Positions 38,831-51,680 of a stretch of DNA of 64,000 nt are shown here, one piece after another. Where the stretch lies: the NCBI GenBank assembly GCA_965153455.1, contig OZ234493.1:3410001-3474000 (forward strand), given 5' to 3'. The notes under the pieces were generated by a model. It made no database searches, was not told the DNA's origin, and worked only from the letters and a program-made list of their open reading frames with translations. The DNA comes from Sphagnum compactum (lineage: Eukaryota). Made by a program: the position numbers and the translations under genes. Within the stretch, counting starts at the first letter, position 1. Every line of letters starts with the position of its first letter.

Positions 38831-39794
38831 TTTTTTTTTTCCCCTGTGTACTGTTTTCAGATCCTGACTTCTCATTTCATCCCCAGTTTTGTGTACTTCT
38901 CAGATCATTCTAGCAGAAGTTAAAATGTCATTCGGATTGAAAACGTACAGAATGGACAGTATATCATGTTTTCCACATGGGGGCATCTGAGTGTACTCTT
39001 CAGATTTGAATGTCAAGAATTTCTGACTTGTAGCTTAGTTCCCCAATCATCAAATAGGCAAACCTGTTCCAACAGATAGGAGGACTTTTATTAGTACTTC
39101 AATTTGACCTGGAACCCAACCAAAATTCCAGTATTGGCCATGGATGAGAGTTGTTGATGCATACCTTGGACTACCTGGATGGTTATTCTTCATGTCAACA
39201 CTCATTGCTGCTGGCTTCCCCACTTGGAAATGCAGAAAACCAAAATTTGAGTCATGGTGCATTGATCTCATGTATGCAACCTCAAATCTTTAGAAAAGCC
39301 TGGCATGTAAAGGAGCTCAATATTGGTCATATGTACATGCACAACACTTGGTCTTTATTCAAGAGATTCTTCCTATGTACAAGCTAAGTTCCACAAAATG
39401 TGTGAACTGAATTTGAATTCCAGGTGCTGTTAACTACTCTGTTTCTCTTTTCCTTCTTCCCCCCTCATTCAGTACCTGGTGCAATGGTCTGCTGGCACGC
39501 ACAGGGGGTTGGGGTAGCTGACTACAGGTGAAAGAATTGAGCACATCAAATGACCTATGAATGCACAAATTGAAATAAATTGAAGACTATTTCATGCCTG
39601 GTTGGTTGCCATGGCTAAAAAGAATTATGGGCAAAGAATATGTGTACAATATGTCCTAAAGCTATCTATCCTTCAAACCCACAAAGGTTTTACTGGGCTC
39701 AATGTCCTGAGCTTTTTTTCCAGCAACAAGAAAACTATCTAGCTTAAGCATTTACTGCAATTCATGTGTTCTGAAGTGCTGCTACCGATTATTG

Positions 39795-40160
39795 TCACCA
39801 GAGATCACACTTCCCAGGTGTAATTTTACTCCCACCTCCATCTCCATCGCCCTCACCATCAACTCCCCACCCCAAAATATTCTTTGTGTTCCCTGTACAC
39901 ATAGCGCCCCTAGGGGGAGGTGGGGGTTTCCATGACGATCCTTTGCCATCTCCAAAAGATTGGAGGAACTGGGTTCTCTTTGGAGGTTTGTAGTTTGAGG
40001 ATCCACCGTCTCCTTCGTTGTCAGCCAGATAGACATACTGGCAATTGTTGGGGGTCATCATGCTGCAGAAGCTCTGGTGCAATTCCTGCCCCTGTCCTCC
40101 AGATACACTCTTGAGGTAATTGCATGGATCCACCACCTTAGTTAGCCCTGGCCAGGTCAT
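39795..40160 (-). CDS. GDG-motif multi-core peptide precursor-like protein, copy 4 (121 aa; in-frame ATG 7 codons upstream at 40181)
   Basis: MTWPGLTKVVDPCNYLKSV...NE-GDGGSSNYKP-PKRTQFLQSF-GDGKGSSWKP-PPPPR...EGD-GDGGGSKITP-GKCDLW. Same length and stop as copies 3 and 6. Confidence 0.75.
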   Translation of the reverse strand: MTWPGLTKVVDPCNYLKSVSGGQGQELHQSFCSMMTPNNCQYVYLADNEGDGGSSNYKPPKRTQFLQSFGDGKGSSWKPPPPPRGAMCTGNTKNILGWGVDGEGDGDGGGSKITPGKCDLW

Positions 40161-40669
40161 TGTGCTGTTGTCTGCGGTCATCCAACAAACCAAATTCTGC
40201 AAGCCTGAGGAAATCTGGCTTGGACACTCTCTGAGTAGTCTGGTAGCTCCAAATGAAAGCTGCAGATCGGGATCAAATCCACACACCAAGAAGCCAACAA
40301 AACCAAGATCTAGAACGAAGAGAGAATATGCTGGAAGTATTGTGGTGGTCAAGATTGAATCCAGGGGGAAATGAAAATTAGTAAAAATAAGGATTCTGCA
40401 GGGACAAATTCTAGTACTTAGATATGATCTAGGAGCTGGAAGAAGCTTTCAATGAGGAAACTGCTAATTGACCGTTGAAATTGAAAAAGCCTCTAATTGC
40501 AGGACTTCGGTTCACCCCAAGCCAGTTGAATGATGTCTTACTTGAACTGATTCGGAAAGAATATGGAAAAATCGAACTTTGTGATTCAACTGATGAATAT
40601 CCCGCTCGCTGCTGCACTCTTTGATGGCGAAGAGATTGCTGAGTGAAGACTTAGCGGAGTAAACGGTTT

Positions 40670-41156
40670 CATATATGTACTCTCTAAGCTCCCTCTCACG
40701 CCAAACCAAAGAAAAATCTCCAGGGCGTCGTTCTCCAACAATGAACTACTCGGCGTGTTGCTATCCTTGCATCTCAAGAAACACGCATTTACCGGTTTTG
40801 GAATTCTCGGTTTTGGCGGAGGGGGATCACTGCAAGCATTTACGTGGGCTGTTTACTAGCCGTCAAACTCCGACATATTATGTAAAGAACTGGAAATTTT
40901 CGTAGCTCCCCATCGCCAACTTCCCCCTTTGAGCAAAGATGTTTCTCATCACGCGGCGCCAGTGCAATCGACTAGCTGCTTGGATATCACTTGGAAATTT
41001 TTCAATTCTCAGACATAAGATTTTGGTGGGTCACAGCGCCAGCAGTATGCCCATTGCCCATTATGTGTCGCGAAATTACAACAGAAATTAGCGAATCTAA
41101 ACAACCATGGAATCAACGCTAAATCACTTTACCAACTTGTTCTGTGGACGTCCCCA
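40670..41156 (-). promoter_or_regulatory. Promoter of copy 4
   Basis: TATA-like ATATATG 40670-40676, CTTG-catct-CAAG 40766-40778, ACGCGG, GGAAATTTTTC and GACGTCCCC at positions equivalent to the other copies. Confidence 0.5.
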
Positions 41157-44100
41157 GACCAAATTTACCGGAAGCTCATACGAAATCGTCATCGTCAACA
41201 AATTTATGTGGAGCATTGACTTTCCGAAGAGAATTGTCGAAACAGATCCTCTCGGGGCTTCCGTGTCCACCCTCACAACTAATGAGGTCATCCATGTCGC
41301 TAATGTGAAGAGTTAAGTTGTAATCCATCTGACTAATGTGAACAGTTATACCTATCTGTCGGCGCACGTGTAGGATAAAGCCGTAGAGTGGGAGAATACC
41401 CAAAATATGGGGCCTAAGGTGAGTACCAGGCAGAGTCTGGCTCCACATTTTGGGAACGGCCCCATCCATCGTTTGTCGCCATCATAAAGAATGACATTAT
41501 CGTAAACATAATGACCTCTCAGAGATTTCCCAGTGTATTTGGAGGATGCTTAGAATGTATAATATTCCCTCTTGACACTGGAGGTCATCTTACATATCTG
41601 GGTGCCTCGAACATGTTGTTAAGGTCGTGCTGTTCAATCTTTGCACAATATGAGTAGGATCTTTGCCATTAGATAGGGACAAAGAAGGTTGACATGTCAT
41701 GACACAGTAAGTCCCTTGGATGGGGCCTTATCAGAATCAGGCACCTATTGCATAAGGTGCATGCCTTATTTTGGTAATGTCATTGGTGGGCGCCTTATTC
41801 TGTGAAGGCCCTCCATTCATAGGAGTTACCTACCACTTAAACATAGGTAGAGGACAAGACATAAGAGGGGAGGGGTTCTTACACCTACTACTTAAGAGCA
41901 GGAGGGATCTTAAACCTATAAGTAGGCATAATTTCCATCACATTCTTGAGAAGTGATTACTGTAAGATACTTCCTCTTTTATAGAGGAGTGATATTCCTG
42001 ATATAGTGTGCCTTCAAAAATTCAAATGCACTAAAAAATTTCTTAGGTACACTTAAGATTTGGGGACCACGCAGTCCGGTCCTTTGACTGACCCTGGTTC
42101 GGTATGTAACGACACCAACTGCATATCTAAAAAGTACCACCAAAACAGACCAAAGATAACCTCTTAAGTGGGCACAGACATCAACTTGTCGGCTACCTCA
42201 GGGTAGTTTCAGACTTAGTGTTGGCTTATTTTTCTTCAAGCGCCAAATCTGCATTGACCTGCATTTAGTCAAATTTGGGTGACGTGAGGTGAAATCAGCC
42301 AAGAGCAAGAACAGCAATGTCTGCCCTCTGGCGGCAACCACACACAAAGGAGGACTCTTGATTCCACTTTCTACCGAAACCAGGCTCCAGCTGCTCTGAC
42401 TCTTCTTTGTTGTACTTACGTAAGCATGTAAAACAATCGGGTGGGCCATCAGGCACCGCCTTTCCTACTCATTCTTTCTCAACGAACATGAGGGAAGAGG
42501 CTAGCCTCCCCCCACGCCCGCCCCCCTCCCCCGACAACGAGCACGCACATGTTTGAACGTACTTCAGTTCATTCTTGAAGTTTGATTCTTGAGCAAGAAG
42601 TTACAAGATTGCACTTTCCTACCGACAGCATCCCGGTCTTTTATTCCTATTACTTACATAAGTCTATATACGAACATTCCATCCGGCACCGCTTCAGCCA
42701 GCCACCTGCCGCGCCGCGCCGCTTGCTAGGAATCATCCCATTCCTAGGTACCAACTACCCATTTTTTTGAATTTTACTGAGAATCATACTTACCCAACAC
42801 TGGTATGAAATGTTCTGCAAAAGTTCCATGTGCAGGATGCATACTTATGACTTGGATGTATTTAGGGTTTCATATTTCTTCATGATTTGAAGTTCTAACA
42901 TAATTGTGAATTAAAAATGGTTCAGGGATTTTTTCTTTTTATAGTTTCAGTTTCACCTACTTGTGCTCGTGACCAATATGTAATGTGGAACTCAACTAAT
43001 GCACTTGGAACTTCCTTGCTTTTGTTTCGATTGAATTGTGGTGTTTCACATAGATGCCTCCAAAATGGAGCTACTATGAGAGCACTTGGCACAAATGGTG
43101 GCATTTTGATTGATCTATACTTGCTTTTGAACATGTTGGACTTGTGTCAAGGGTTGAGACTTGAGACCAATGGTTGGTGGATATTGCTCTGTTTAAAGAT
43201 CAAATTAGGCCTGTTCCAAAAAAAAATGAAGATCAAAAAAATTTCAAGGTTCTCAAAATCTCAAAGAATCTCTACCACCAAACATTTCTCAAATGGTTCT
43301 TTTCTAATATCAAATAATTGTTGGATCAGTGAAACTTGTTCTTTGATTAGGGTTACGAATTTTTAATTAATTACATATAAAATCATAATTATTGAATTAT
43401 TAATTTAATTGCCTGAAAAACCTAACCTTTGCATTCAACTCTAAGTCTAACCTAAACCCTAACTTGAGAACCGTGCAAGTAGGGCTGGATATTTAAAGCC
43501 ACCAGTTCTTTCAAGCTAGGGCTTCACAATTTCTTGTTGGTTTCAGCAAGTTTTTTTGTTTTCAATTTTGTGATTTTGCTCAAATGGTGATTGTCCATAA
43601 GTACATTTAGTCAAATTTGGCAATACTCAAAATATGATAGTAGATAATATTCAAATTGTAGGCAATTGTGGCAACTTGTGACGATTTTTTAAACTTTTAG
43701 TTTTTTTGTCTTGTTTTTAAATAGGGAATTTGTGACAGAATGTTTTTTTTTTCTTTTTTTCTTTCTGCAAAATTTTGACAACTCCCCCACCAAAAAAATT
43801 GCTGGCTTCAGCCTCATGTTCAGTGATCTTGCTTTGATGAATTTTGAAAAAGTATTAGGAAACTAAAGATTAGGGTAAACATTCTTATTTTATTTTTCTC
43901 ATTTCTTGTTCATTTTTGAGTGATTCAAAGAATTATGTGTTAAGCAGAGCTTTGATCTTTGAACTCCAGAGTCAAAGGAGCAGCAAAGAACAAACACAAA
44001 GCACGTTCACATAATGTTTTGTCCAAGAAAATGACCCCTTACTTCTAGATCTCATATCTTTCTTATTTCTTGTTTCATGTTGACCAATCTAAACAACTAT

Positions 44101-44639
44101 GGGTGCACCAAAAGGAGCTCTAAATAACCTCTAATTGAACTCTAGAGGCAAAGATCAGCAAAGAAGAATCAAAAAAGAAAATGAGTGTGTTGCAATCTTA
44201 AAATGTTTTTTGAGCTGGTGATCCAACACTGACCCTGCCTATTTCTGCAGCCCATATATTCCTCTCTCTTTTTTGGTCCATTTTGACCGATGTAGATGAC
44301 TGTGGTGCACCAAGCAAAGCTCTACATAAAACTTTTGAACTCCAGAGACGAAGGAGCAATTTCTTAGGATTCTAAGCTCTCTGAGAGCTTTAAGTGTTCA
44401 GTCACCACCTAGTGAAACTGACCAATTCAAGAAAGGCTGAATTTATTGACCAAGCTTTGCTATGGTTGAAAAGAATTTAATCTGCTTAAAATAAATAATA
44501 ACAATATGATGGGTTCCAGAAAAACCCACAAAGAATGTTTGTTCAATGTCCTGAGCAATGATCTTTCAAGCAACCAAAAACCCATCTAGGACTAAAAATG
44601 TAATTCAATAAATGTGTTCTGAGGATCTATTCATGGCTG

Positions 44640-45017
44640 TCAGAGAACAAATTTGCAGGGCTTAATTTTACTGCCCCCTCCATCTCCATCCCCAGCTGCA
44701 GCATCATCAAATCCCCATCCCAGCTGTTTCTTGGCAAGGTAGCCTGCTCGATTTGTACTCTTAGGGGGAGGTGGAGGGTTCCATGGTGACCCTTTGCCAT
44801 CTCCAAAAGATTTTTGGAGCTGGGTTTTCTTTGGAGGGTTGTAGTTTGATGGTCCACCGTCTCCTTCGCCACCAGGCAGATTAACATACAGACAATTGCT
44901 GAAGGAGATTAAGCTGCAGCCTGCCTCATGTTCTTCATCCCCAGCTAGTCCGTCAGCAGCTACACCCTTCCAGCTAAATTTCCGTGCATCAACGTTAGAC
45001 ACCGCCCGCCAGTTCAT
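44640..45017 (-). CDS. GDG-motif multi-core peptide precursor-like protein, copy 5 (125 aa, most divergent paralogue)
   Basis: MNWRAVSNVDARKFSWKGVAADGLAGDEEHEAGCSLISFSNCLYVNLPGGE-GDGGPSNYNP-PKKTQLQKSF-GDGKGSPWNP-PPPPKSTNRAGYLAKKQLGWGFDDAAAGD-GDGGGSKIKP-CKFVL. acaATG start; frame preserved despite length differences. Confidence 0.8.
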   Translation of the reverse strand: MNWRAVSNVDARKFSWKGVAADGLAGDEEHEAGCSLISFSNCLYVNLPGGEGDGGPSNYNPPKKTQLQKSFGDGKGSPWNPPPPPKSTNRAGYLAKKQLGWGFDDAAAGDGDGGGSKIKPCKFVL

Positions 45018-45338
45018 TGTTTCTGTCTCCAGCAATCAACCAACAAATAAAGAAAAAATCTAACTTTGAGATTTTAAATTGATTGCTAGTATCGAAGCCT
45101 GCAAGGTCCGTCGCCACCACCCAGAATTCTTCGTCAATTGCAAATTTAGTCTCTAATTGCAGGACGTTGCTTCACCACAAGCCAGTACTTGAATGATGCC
45201 TTGAGCTGCTGATTCGGGAAAATATGGAAAAATCTAGCTCTATGATTTAACTGATGATCCCACTACTCGATGCTGCACTCTTTGAAGGACAAGAAACTCT
45301 ATATGCTGTGTGAAGAATTAGAGGAGGCAACGGTTGTC

Positions 45339-45674
45339 TTATATACTATAAGCTCCAGTGCTGCCAACCCGAAGAAAAATCTGCTGGGGTCTTTGTGCAG
45401 CATTGTCGAACTACTAAGCGTGTTGCTAATCTTGCACAGCAAGAAACACGCATTTACCAATGTCGGTAAAATCTCTTGTGGGTGGGTGGGGATCACTGCA
45501 AGCAGTGCCTCCAAATGGAAAAACCACGAAACTCCTACTTACAACGAACTTGTAAGTAGAGAATTTCGTAGTTCATCGCCAACTCCTCCCCAGCTATGAG
45601 TCGCAGTTAGATGTTTCTCACAAACTGCAATTGACTAGAGAGTGAGCTTCGATATAACCACTGGGAAATTTTTC
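45339..45674 (-). promoter_or_regulatory. Proximal promoter of copy 5
   Basis: TATATAA (reverse) 45339-45345, CTTG-cacag-CAAG 45431-45443, AAACACGCATT, W-box TTGACT 45631-45636, GGAAATTTTTC 45664-45674. Confidence 0.55.
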
Positions 45675-47789
45675 AATTAGCAGACTGAAGATGGTGGGTC
45701 ATATTGAGAGCATCAGCTGATGATTCAACGGTTTGACAAAACTGCAACAGATTACCAAGCCCTAAAAACCTCCACTGAAATTCATAGTGTAGTTTGGGGG
45801 ACCTCCCAGTTCTAACCTGGTTGTGGGTTGTTAGTAGGTAGGTAGTAACAAAAAAGGAACTGAGCTAACTAACCACCATGGTTAGCTAGGGAACTGGAAC
45901 CCAACAGAAAATTGTTATATGAATACCCCCTGGGTCTGGTTCATAGGGATCTAGGAGTAGGGAGTCTAAGTTTAGTTAGGGTTTAGGGTCTTAGGTGAAG
46001 GTGAATTTAGGATCTATTTTTGTTTCGATATTTTAGCTTTGTAATGAACCTTGCTGATATATTTTTTTGGCCTATGACAATTTGAAAAAACATTTAAAGA
46101 TCTTAATCTTAAAATTTTTAAGTGAGGTTTGAAATTTGGCTTAATATAACTGACTAATCAAAATAAGTTAAGATTTGGTTGTGAAAGAATAAATTGGGCA
46201 TGAGGAAAAATAAAAATAAAGAACTAAACAACAAATGATTTATAAAATTGTGAGAACCACATTAGTTTTCTATTTTATATTTTTTTGAAAATTGGAATAG
46301 ATGGTTATGAAAAAAAAAATTATAATTGCCCAACATTGGTAATATCCCTAGGATGGGGGAGATTTGTTTTTTTAGATAATTTGCAACACTAATTTGAATG
46401 CACATGGATTTTTATGGAAGGGGAGGTAATGTTGTTAGTGCCTTTGCCTTGGATCAATATCTAATTTTTAAAATAATTGTTGGGTTTGGGTTTAAGATTT
46501 AATTTATTTATTAAAAAAATGGTTAGTTTGAAATTTTTTAATTCCAAGGATAGGTCAGTATGAAACAAGGTTGGGGGTTGGATCCATTTGAAGGGGTATA
46601 CATTCCCAACTAATATCCTATTAGGTTCTTTAAGACATGTTGATTCTTTGAAAGAAACCCTACCAGGGATAATGATGATTTTTTACTCGGATCTTAAAAT
46701 GCAAGTTGAAAAATGTCTTGTATTAAACATTGTAAAATGGGGAAACCATGAGCAAAACATGCAAAGTTTCCAAACTTCATTGTAACTAAATTACAATTAC
46801 AATAGGTTTTTTTTGTTTTCTTTAATTTCTAAACTATAAACCTAATTGAAAAGAGTTAATGTTAATATGAATCAAAATGATAGTTTTTTTTTTAATTGGT
46901 TATATTATAGGCCACTCTTCCATGCTCCATCCATGTTCCATGTTTCATATATAGTTTTAGATGGGTTCTCAAGGACATATTCACATATTTTGAACTCCTT
47001 TTAAAGATGAATACATAAATTACAAATGACAAACCTCAAAGATAAAAAAACTTTAAAAAACAAAAAAAATTCAAAAATCTAAACCTATTTCAAAGATAGA
47101 TAGACCTAAAAAGCAAACACATTTCAAAAATCCAAACAAACTTCAAAGACAAACAAACTTTGAAAAACAAACAAATTACAAAAATCCAAATAGACCTCAA
47201 AAATGAAAACAATCTTTCATAATAAAAAGGATAGACATTCAAAAACAAATACAAGACAAAAGGCCTCACAATATAAGGGACACACATTCAAATAACAAAA
47301 AAGACCTCAAAGTAAAAAAGACAAACATTTGAAAAACAAAAAGACCTACAAAAAAATATTATTTTCAAATATAAACCATCAATATTTCAAATTTCCCATC
47401 AATCCCTAACTCATTTCAAAGACAAACTAATACATAGACAAACATTCCAAAAAATTTAATGAAATCCTCACAATTTGGAAACATAAGAGAATTTTTTATG
47501 CAAGAACCTTAACAAAATAATCATTTCATCATCTTCATGGACACTCAGTATGTGTAAGGACTTATACATTTGGCTAATTGCTATGTAGCAAAAAGCTATA
47601 AACTTTAGTAACCTACATATTCCAAAAACAATTCACAAATTGTCCCACCATCCCATAAAGTGTACTATTGTGAACATCTAAAAATTAATCACATTCAACT
47701 TCATCCACAAATTTAGCATCCAACTCCTTTGCCAAGTCAAATTCAGCTTCACATATAGATGCCAAATATGTAGGTTTGAAATAACCAAC

Positions 47790-49990
47790 ATCAGGATTAG
47801 TAAGCCAATTGTGTTCACAAAAATAAGATTGTCCAAACTGTTAATTTGAATTTGACATATCCAAAGTGCTTTGAGAATTCTACAATAAAAAATATTCTTT
47901 TTGTTTTGATTTGGTTGGCTAGAATGCCCAAAAGTTGTGCTAGTATGACTATAGTGGGAATTTTTTTCTTTTTTCTACGCCACCATGACAAAGCACATTT
48001 GCAAAGTTTTAGATGATCACCATGATAATGATGGAATGATCATTAGTTGTTGAATATATAGTTGTTTTAATGTCAAGATGTGCTTGTCTGTGTTTACATT
48101 TACGTCAAATTGTTGAAATAGATTTTGAAAGTCCATAAGTTAGGTAGATTCATCAAGGTCTTAAACCCTATTGGGCATCAACTTATAAGCCTCTAACAAC
48201 AAAAGCAAAGAATTATTAGTCATATTCAACAACTAAGGTGGCAATAGTTTCATGATTTAAATAAATACTCACCAACCACATATTCTTACACTTGGGACCC
48301 AACATCAAAGTTAAGATGTTATTTTTTTTCTTATCAACAAAATGAAAAAAGAAAGGAAGGATAAAAGGGCCTTCAACACTTGGTGCTTCATATGTAAATT
48401 GAGCTTGTCCAATTCAAAATTAAAAACATTTGCTTCCTCTTCAACAAAGTTGTAAAGAATTCTCTAGTGGGAAAGTTCTTCATGAAGTTGGCAACATGTA
48501 GATATGACAAAATGGAAGGCATCCCTAAGGAGCCAATTTCCTCAACTCTAGTTCACAACATAGCTCCTCACAATGGGCAATAAAACTTTCATAATAGTTG
48601 TTCATGATGAAGGAATTCAACTTTTTAATGTTATAGTTTGTCAATTTAAACACAATGCAATGGCACTTCAAAAAGTCAAAACATCTTGGAATAATAAAAC
48701 CTAACTTGCAAGCCTGCAATCAACAAATTGAATTCACACCACATCATTAAGGAATAATACAACCTCAACAAAATTTACAACCTTAACAAAATCTTAGGAC
48801 TCATGTTAATTAAAAGTTGGTGATAAAAAATAAAATAAAAACCACATTCACCTTGTTTTGATAGGTGTGTTCAATTTTTTGGGCTTCAAATTAGAATATA
48901 TGCAAGCTTTCTCCCATGCTTGCCTCCCCTTCCCAAACTTCTTTGGCTAGAAAATACATTTCTAAATATCAACTTGAATAGTCTTTATGGATGTGCAAAT
49001 TCATGGGACAATCCAAGGGCCCCCTTTTCATTTGTAGTTGCATATTGGCAAACCTTTCATAAAGCATGCCCAAAACATTATCCATCAAATGGCTCCAACA
49101 TACCCAAGCTTACAAATGAAACAACCAAATTCAAAGCACTAGCACAAGTTTACAATTTGACCTTTCATTATTAATGTAAACAAAGATCTTACGAATAAAA
49201 GAAAACTTCTTAAGAAGTTGTTATACTGTCAAAACCATAGCTACACTATTGTGTCATTCACCTCAAACAACCCAATAGTCACATGTTTGGCCTCCCACTT
49301 AATAGACAAAAAAATTAACAACCATAGCAAAGACATTATGCACCCTTTTTGACATCCATAAGTCAAATGTACATGTGGTTGATAGAGATTCTGCCATTGT
49401 AAGCTACACATAAATAACCATAGTCTTTTCCACCAATCCATGTAGAACTTCATCCACTGAAACCTTCTTGTTAAGGAAAGCCACTTTTGGGTATAACCTA
49501 TATGCAAATCTTTAAGCCGAAAGGACTAATAATTTTCATGGACAAGTAGCCCTTGATCACCAATAACATTAAATCTTCAAGGAAACCAACCTGGGTTTCA
49601 TTATCCTTCTTAAATTAGTTAATAAAATAAAAAAACCTAAAAATGGCAGATGGTGTCACATGTGTTTTCTTTTTGGCTAGTTCATGCACAAATGTAGTAA
49701 CAACCACATTGGTTACATTTTCAAGGAATTTTTAAGTGGGGCATTGCGTTCAATTTCAATTTGCTTCTTCATGGTTGTAACATCATTTGATTTACGGTAA
49801 ACAATGAGAGCTTTCCATAATGTGATGTGTAATACCAAAACTTCAAAACCCATGACATCATTGTGGTAGATTATGCACCACATTATTTGGTTTTAGGAAA
49901 GGTCTATTGATTGGTTGTTCACCTTAAAGAAATTCCATGTTGATGAATTCCAATGGTAGGCTTCTAATCACCATTTTCTTGTGGTAGGTT
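47790..49990 (-). mobile_element. Decayed hAT transposase
   Basis: Minus-strand remnants TFDLWMSKRVHNVFAMVVNF/LSIKWEAKHVTIGLFEVNDT, CFGHAL.KVCQYAT, KKFGKGRQAWEKAC, MLGPKCK, and dimerisation-like LSWWR..PT..LA. Many stops and frameshifts; boundaries approximate. Confidence 0.7.
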
Positions 49991-51415
49991 GTCCACATTG
50001 ATACTGTTAATATGGCTTACAAATATTGGGACCATCTCTTCGTTAAGTGACAAATATGTATTATTCATGACTTCAAAAACCCATACAAAACTTGTTGAAA
50101 GCTCACAACTTGCCATAAAAAAATGCAAGCAAAAGGAGTTTGGTGAAAGTGAAAAAACAAAAACTCACAAATCACAAAAAAAACACAAAATGGATTTGGT
50201 GAAAGGTGAAAAAAAGTTTAAATGGGAGAGAAATGGAAGGCCAAAACTCAGGGATAGTTGATAGAGCTTGTAATTCCCAATTTGTAACCCTAATTTTTCC
50301 TCTTTTTTTGCGTTCACACTTTTCACACCTCCCTCTTTCATGTAGTTACTTCAGAACCAAGGTGACAAGGTGATAGAAGTTGTAAAATGAGAGCTTCAAT
50401 GCTCTCACAAACACTAAACCGTCAAACAGTGTTGCTCAAGCATTGATGGTCTTGGAATGAAAAGGATGAAAAACAAACATAACAAAAATGAAAATTGTTG
50501 GACCAAAACATAAAGCCAAAGAACTTCAAAAGCATGACCATTACAAACCAAAAAATAGACAATGCAAGGGTGAAAAAGGCTAAAATTTCTTATCTTCTTT
50601 TATACCTTGGATTTTGGACAAAATGATAAAGCTCCATGTTCCCACCAGTAATAAGTCGCATTGATGATAAAATTGTAGACCTCTTGAAGCTTGAACGAGC
50701 ATTCAAGGGAAAGGAAAAAGGAGACACAACATACAACATTCATAATTGACAACATTCACAATCAATTATTACAAAAGTGTGGCAAGGAAAGAGACAATGA
50801 AAATGACCAAAACTAAACCCTAACCTTAATGTATATTATCATTGGGTATACGATAAATAAGGTATCTAGGTTTCTACTAAATACCCTCTTATCATTTTAC
50901 TCTCTGGGTGAGGTACAGTTATAGGTTTTTGAAAAATGAAAAGGGGCAGGTATGAGATGGGGTTTAGGTCTTTGAGAATTTTACACCTGCCAGTTTTGGA
51001 TGTGGATACCTGGGTTGAGACCCGGTGGGGGTTTGGAGAAATTCTTGGTACCTGCCCCCACACTGCCTTTCCACCTGTGGCTCCATCTCAGTTCATGAGA
51101 TGGAAGCCACTGACCATGGACCGCAGTTCACAGGATGGAAGGCATTGAGAGCAATGCCTCCCCGTAGACTAAACCACGACACACAAAATTACTCACGTTT
51201 GTATTGTGTCTGTCGACGTCCCCAGACCATCACAAGAAACTAAATAATTCATGCCGAATTGTCAACTCGACTGTGGTACTGAGTTTCCTTCCTCCCCGCG
51301 GGTCCCTTCCTTGAGTTTCACGAGTGCAGCTAGTTTGACATGTAGCTCTAACATTGTTAACAGTTTATAACATCATCCTCGTACCCCTACATACTAACCC
51401 ATGTGCATAATGTTG

Positions 51416-51671
51416 AGGCCACTTTAGATGAGCATCCAAGGTCCAGGGTCCAATGAAATAGAGCAATCCTATTGGATGAGAGCCATAAATTGGACCCATG
51501 GCCTTTGGAGAAGGGTCCAAGACCAAAAAGTGGCACATTGAAGCTAAAACCTACATGTCACCGTTTTGAAAGGAAAATCAATTGGTTCAGACCCAAAAAA
51601 AGTAGCTCAAAAGAGAGCTCATGATTTGGTTTGTAAGAATTTGGACCCTGGAACCCCATCTAAAGTGGGCC
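51416..51671. mobile_element. Tourist/PIF-Harbinger-like MITE
   Basis: TIRs AGGCCACTTTAGATG / CATCTAAAGTGGGCC, followed by TAA; internal gggtcca/tggaccc subrepeats. Confidence 0.6.
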
Positions 51672-51680
51672 TAAGTGTAT

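Larger units (their letters stand above)
37915..42250 (-). repeat. Inverted paralogous unit carrying copy 4 (homologous to about 28750-33060 and 5875-10110)
   Basis: Reverse-complement collinearity across the LTR relic, promoter, leader, CDS and about 1.8 kb of 3' flank. Confidence 0.85.

Noticed and set aside
40161-40352. Hydrophobic in-frame upstream extension (LPAYSLFVLDLGFVGFLVCG) as a signal peptide for copies 3 and 4
   Set aside because: Needs a non-AUG start, is interrupted by TAA in copies 1, 2 and 6, and is absent from copy 5.
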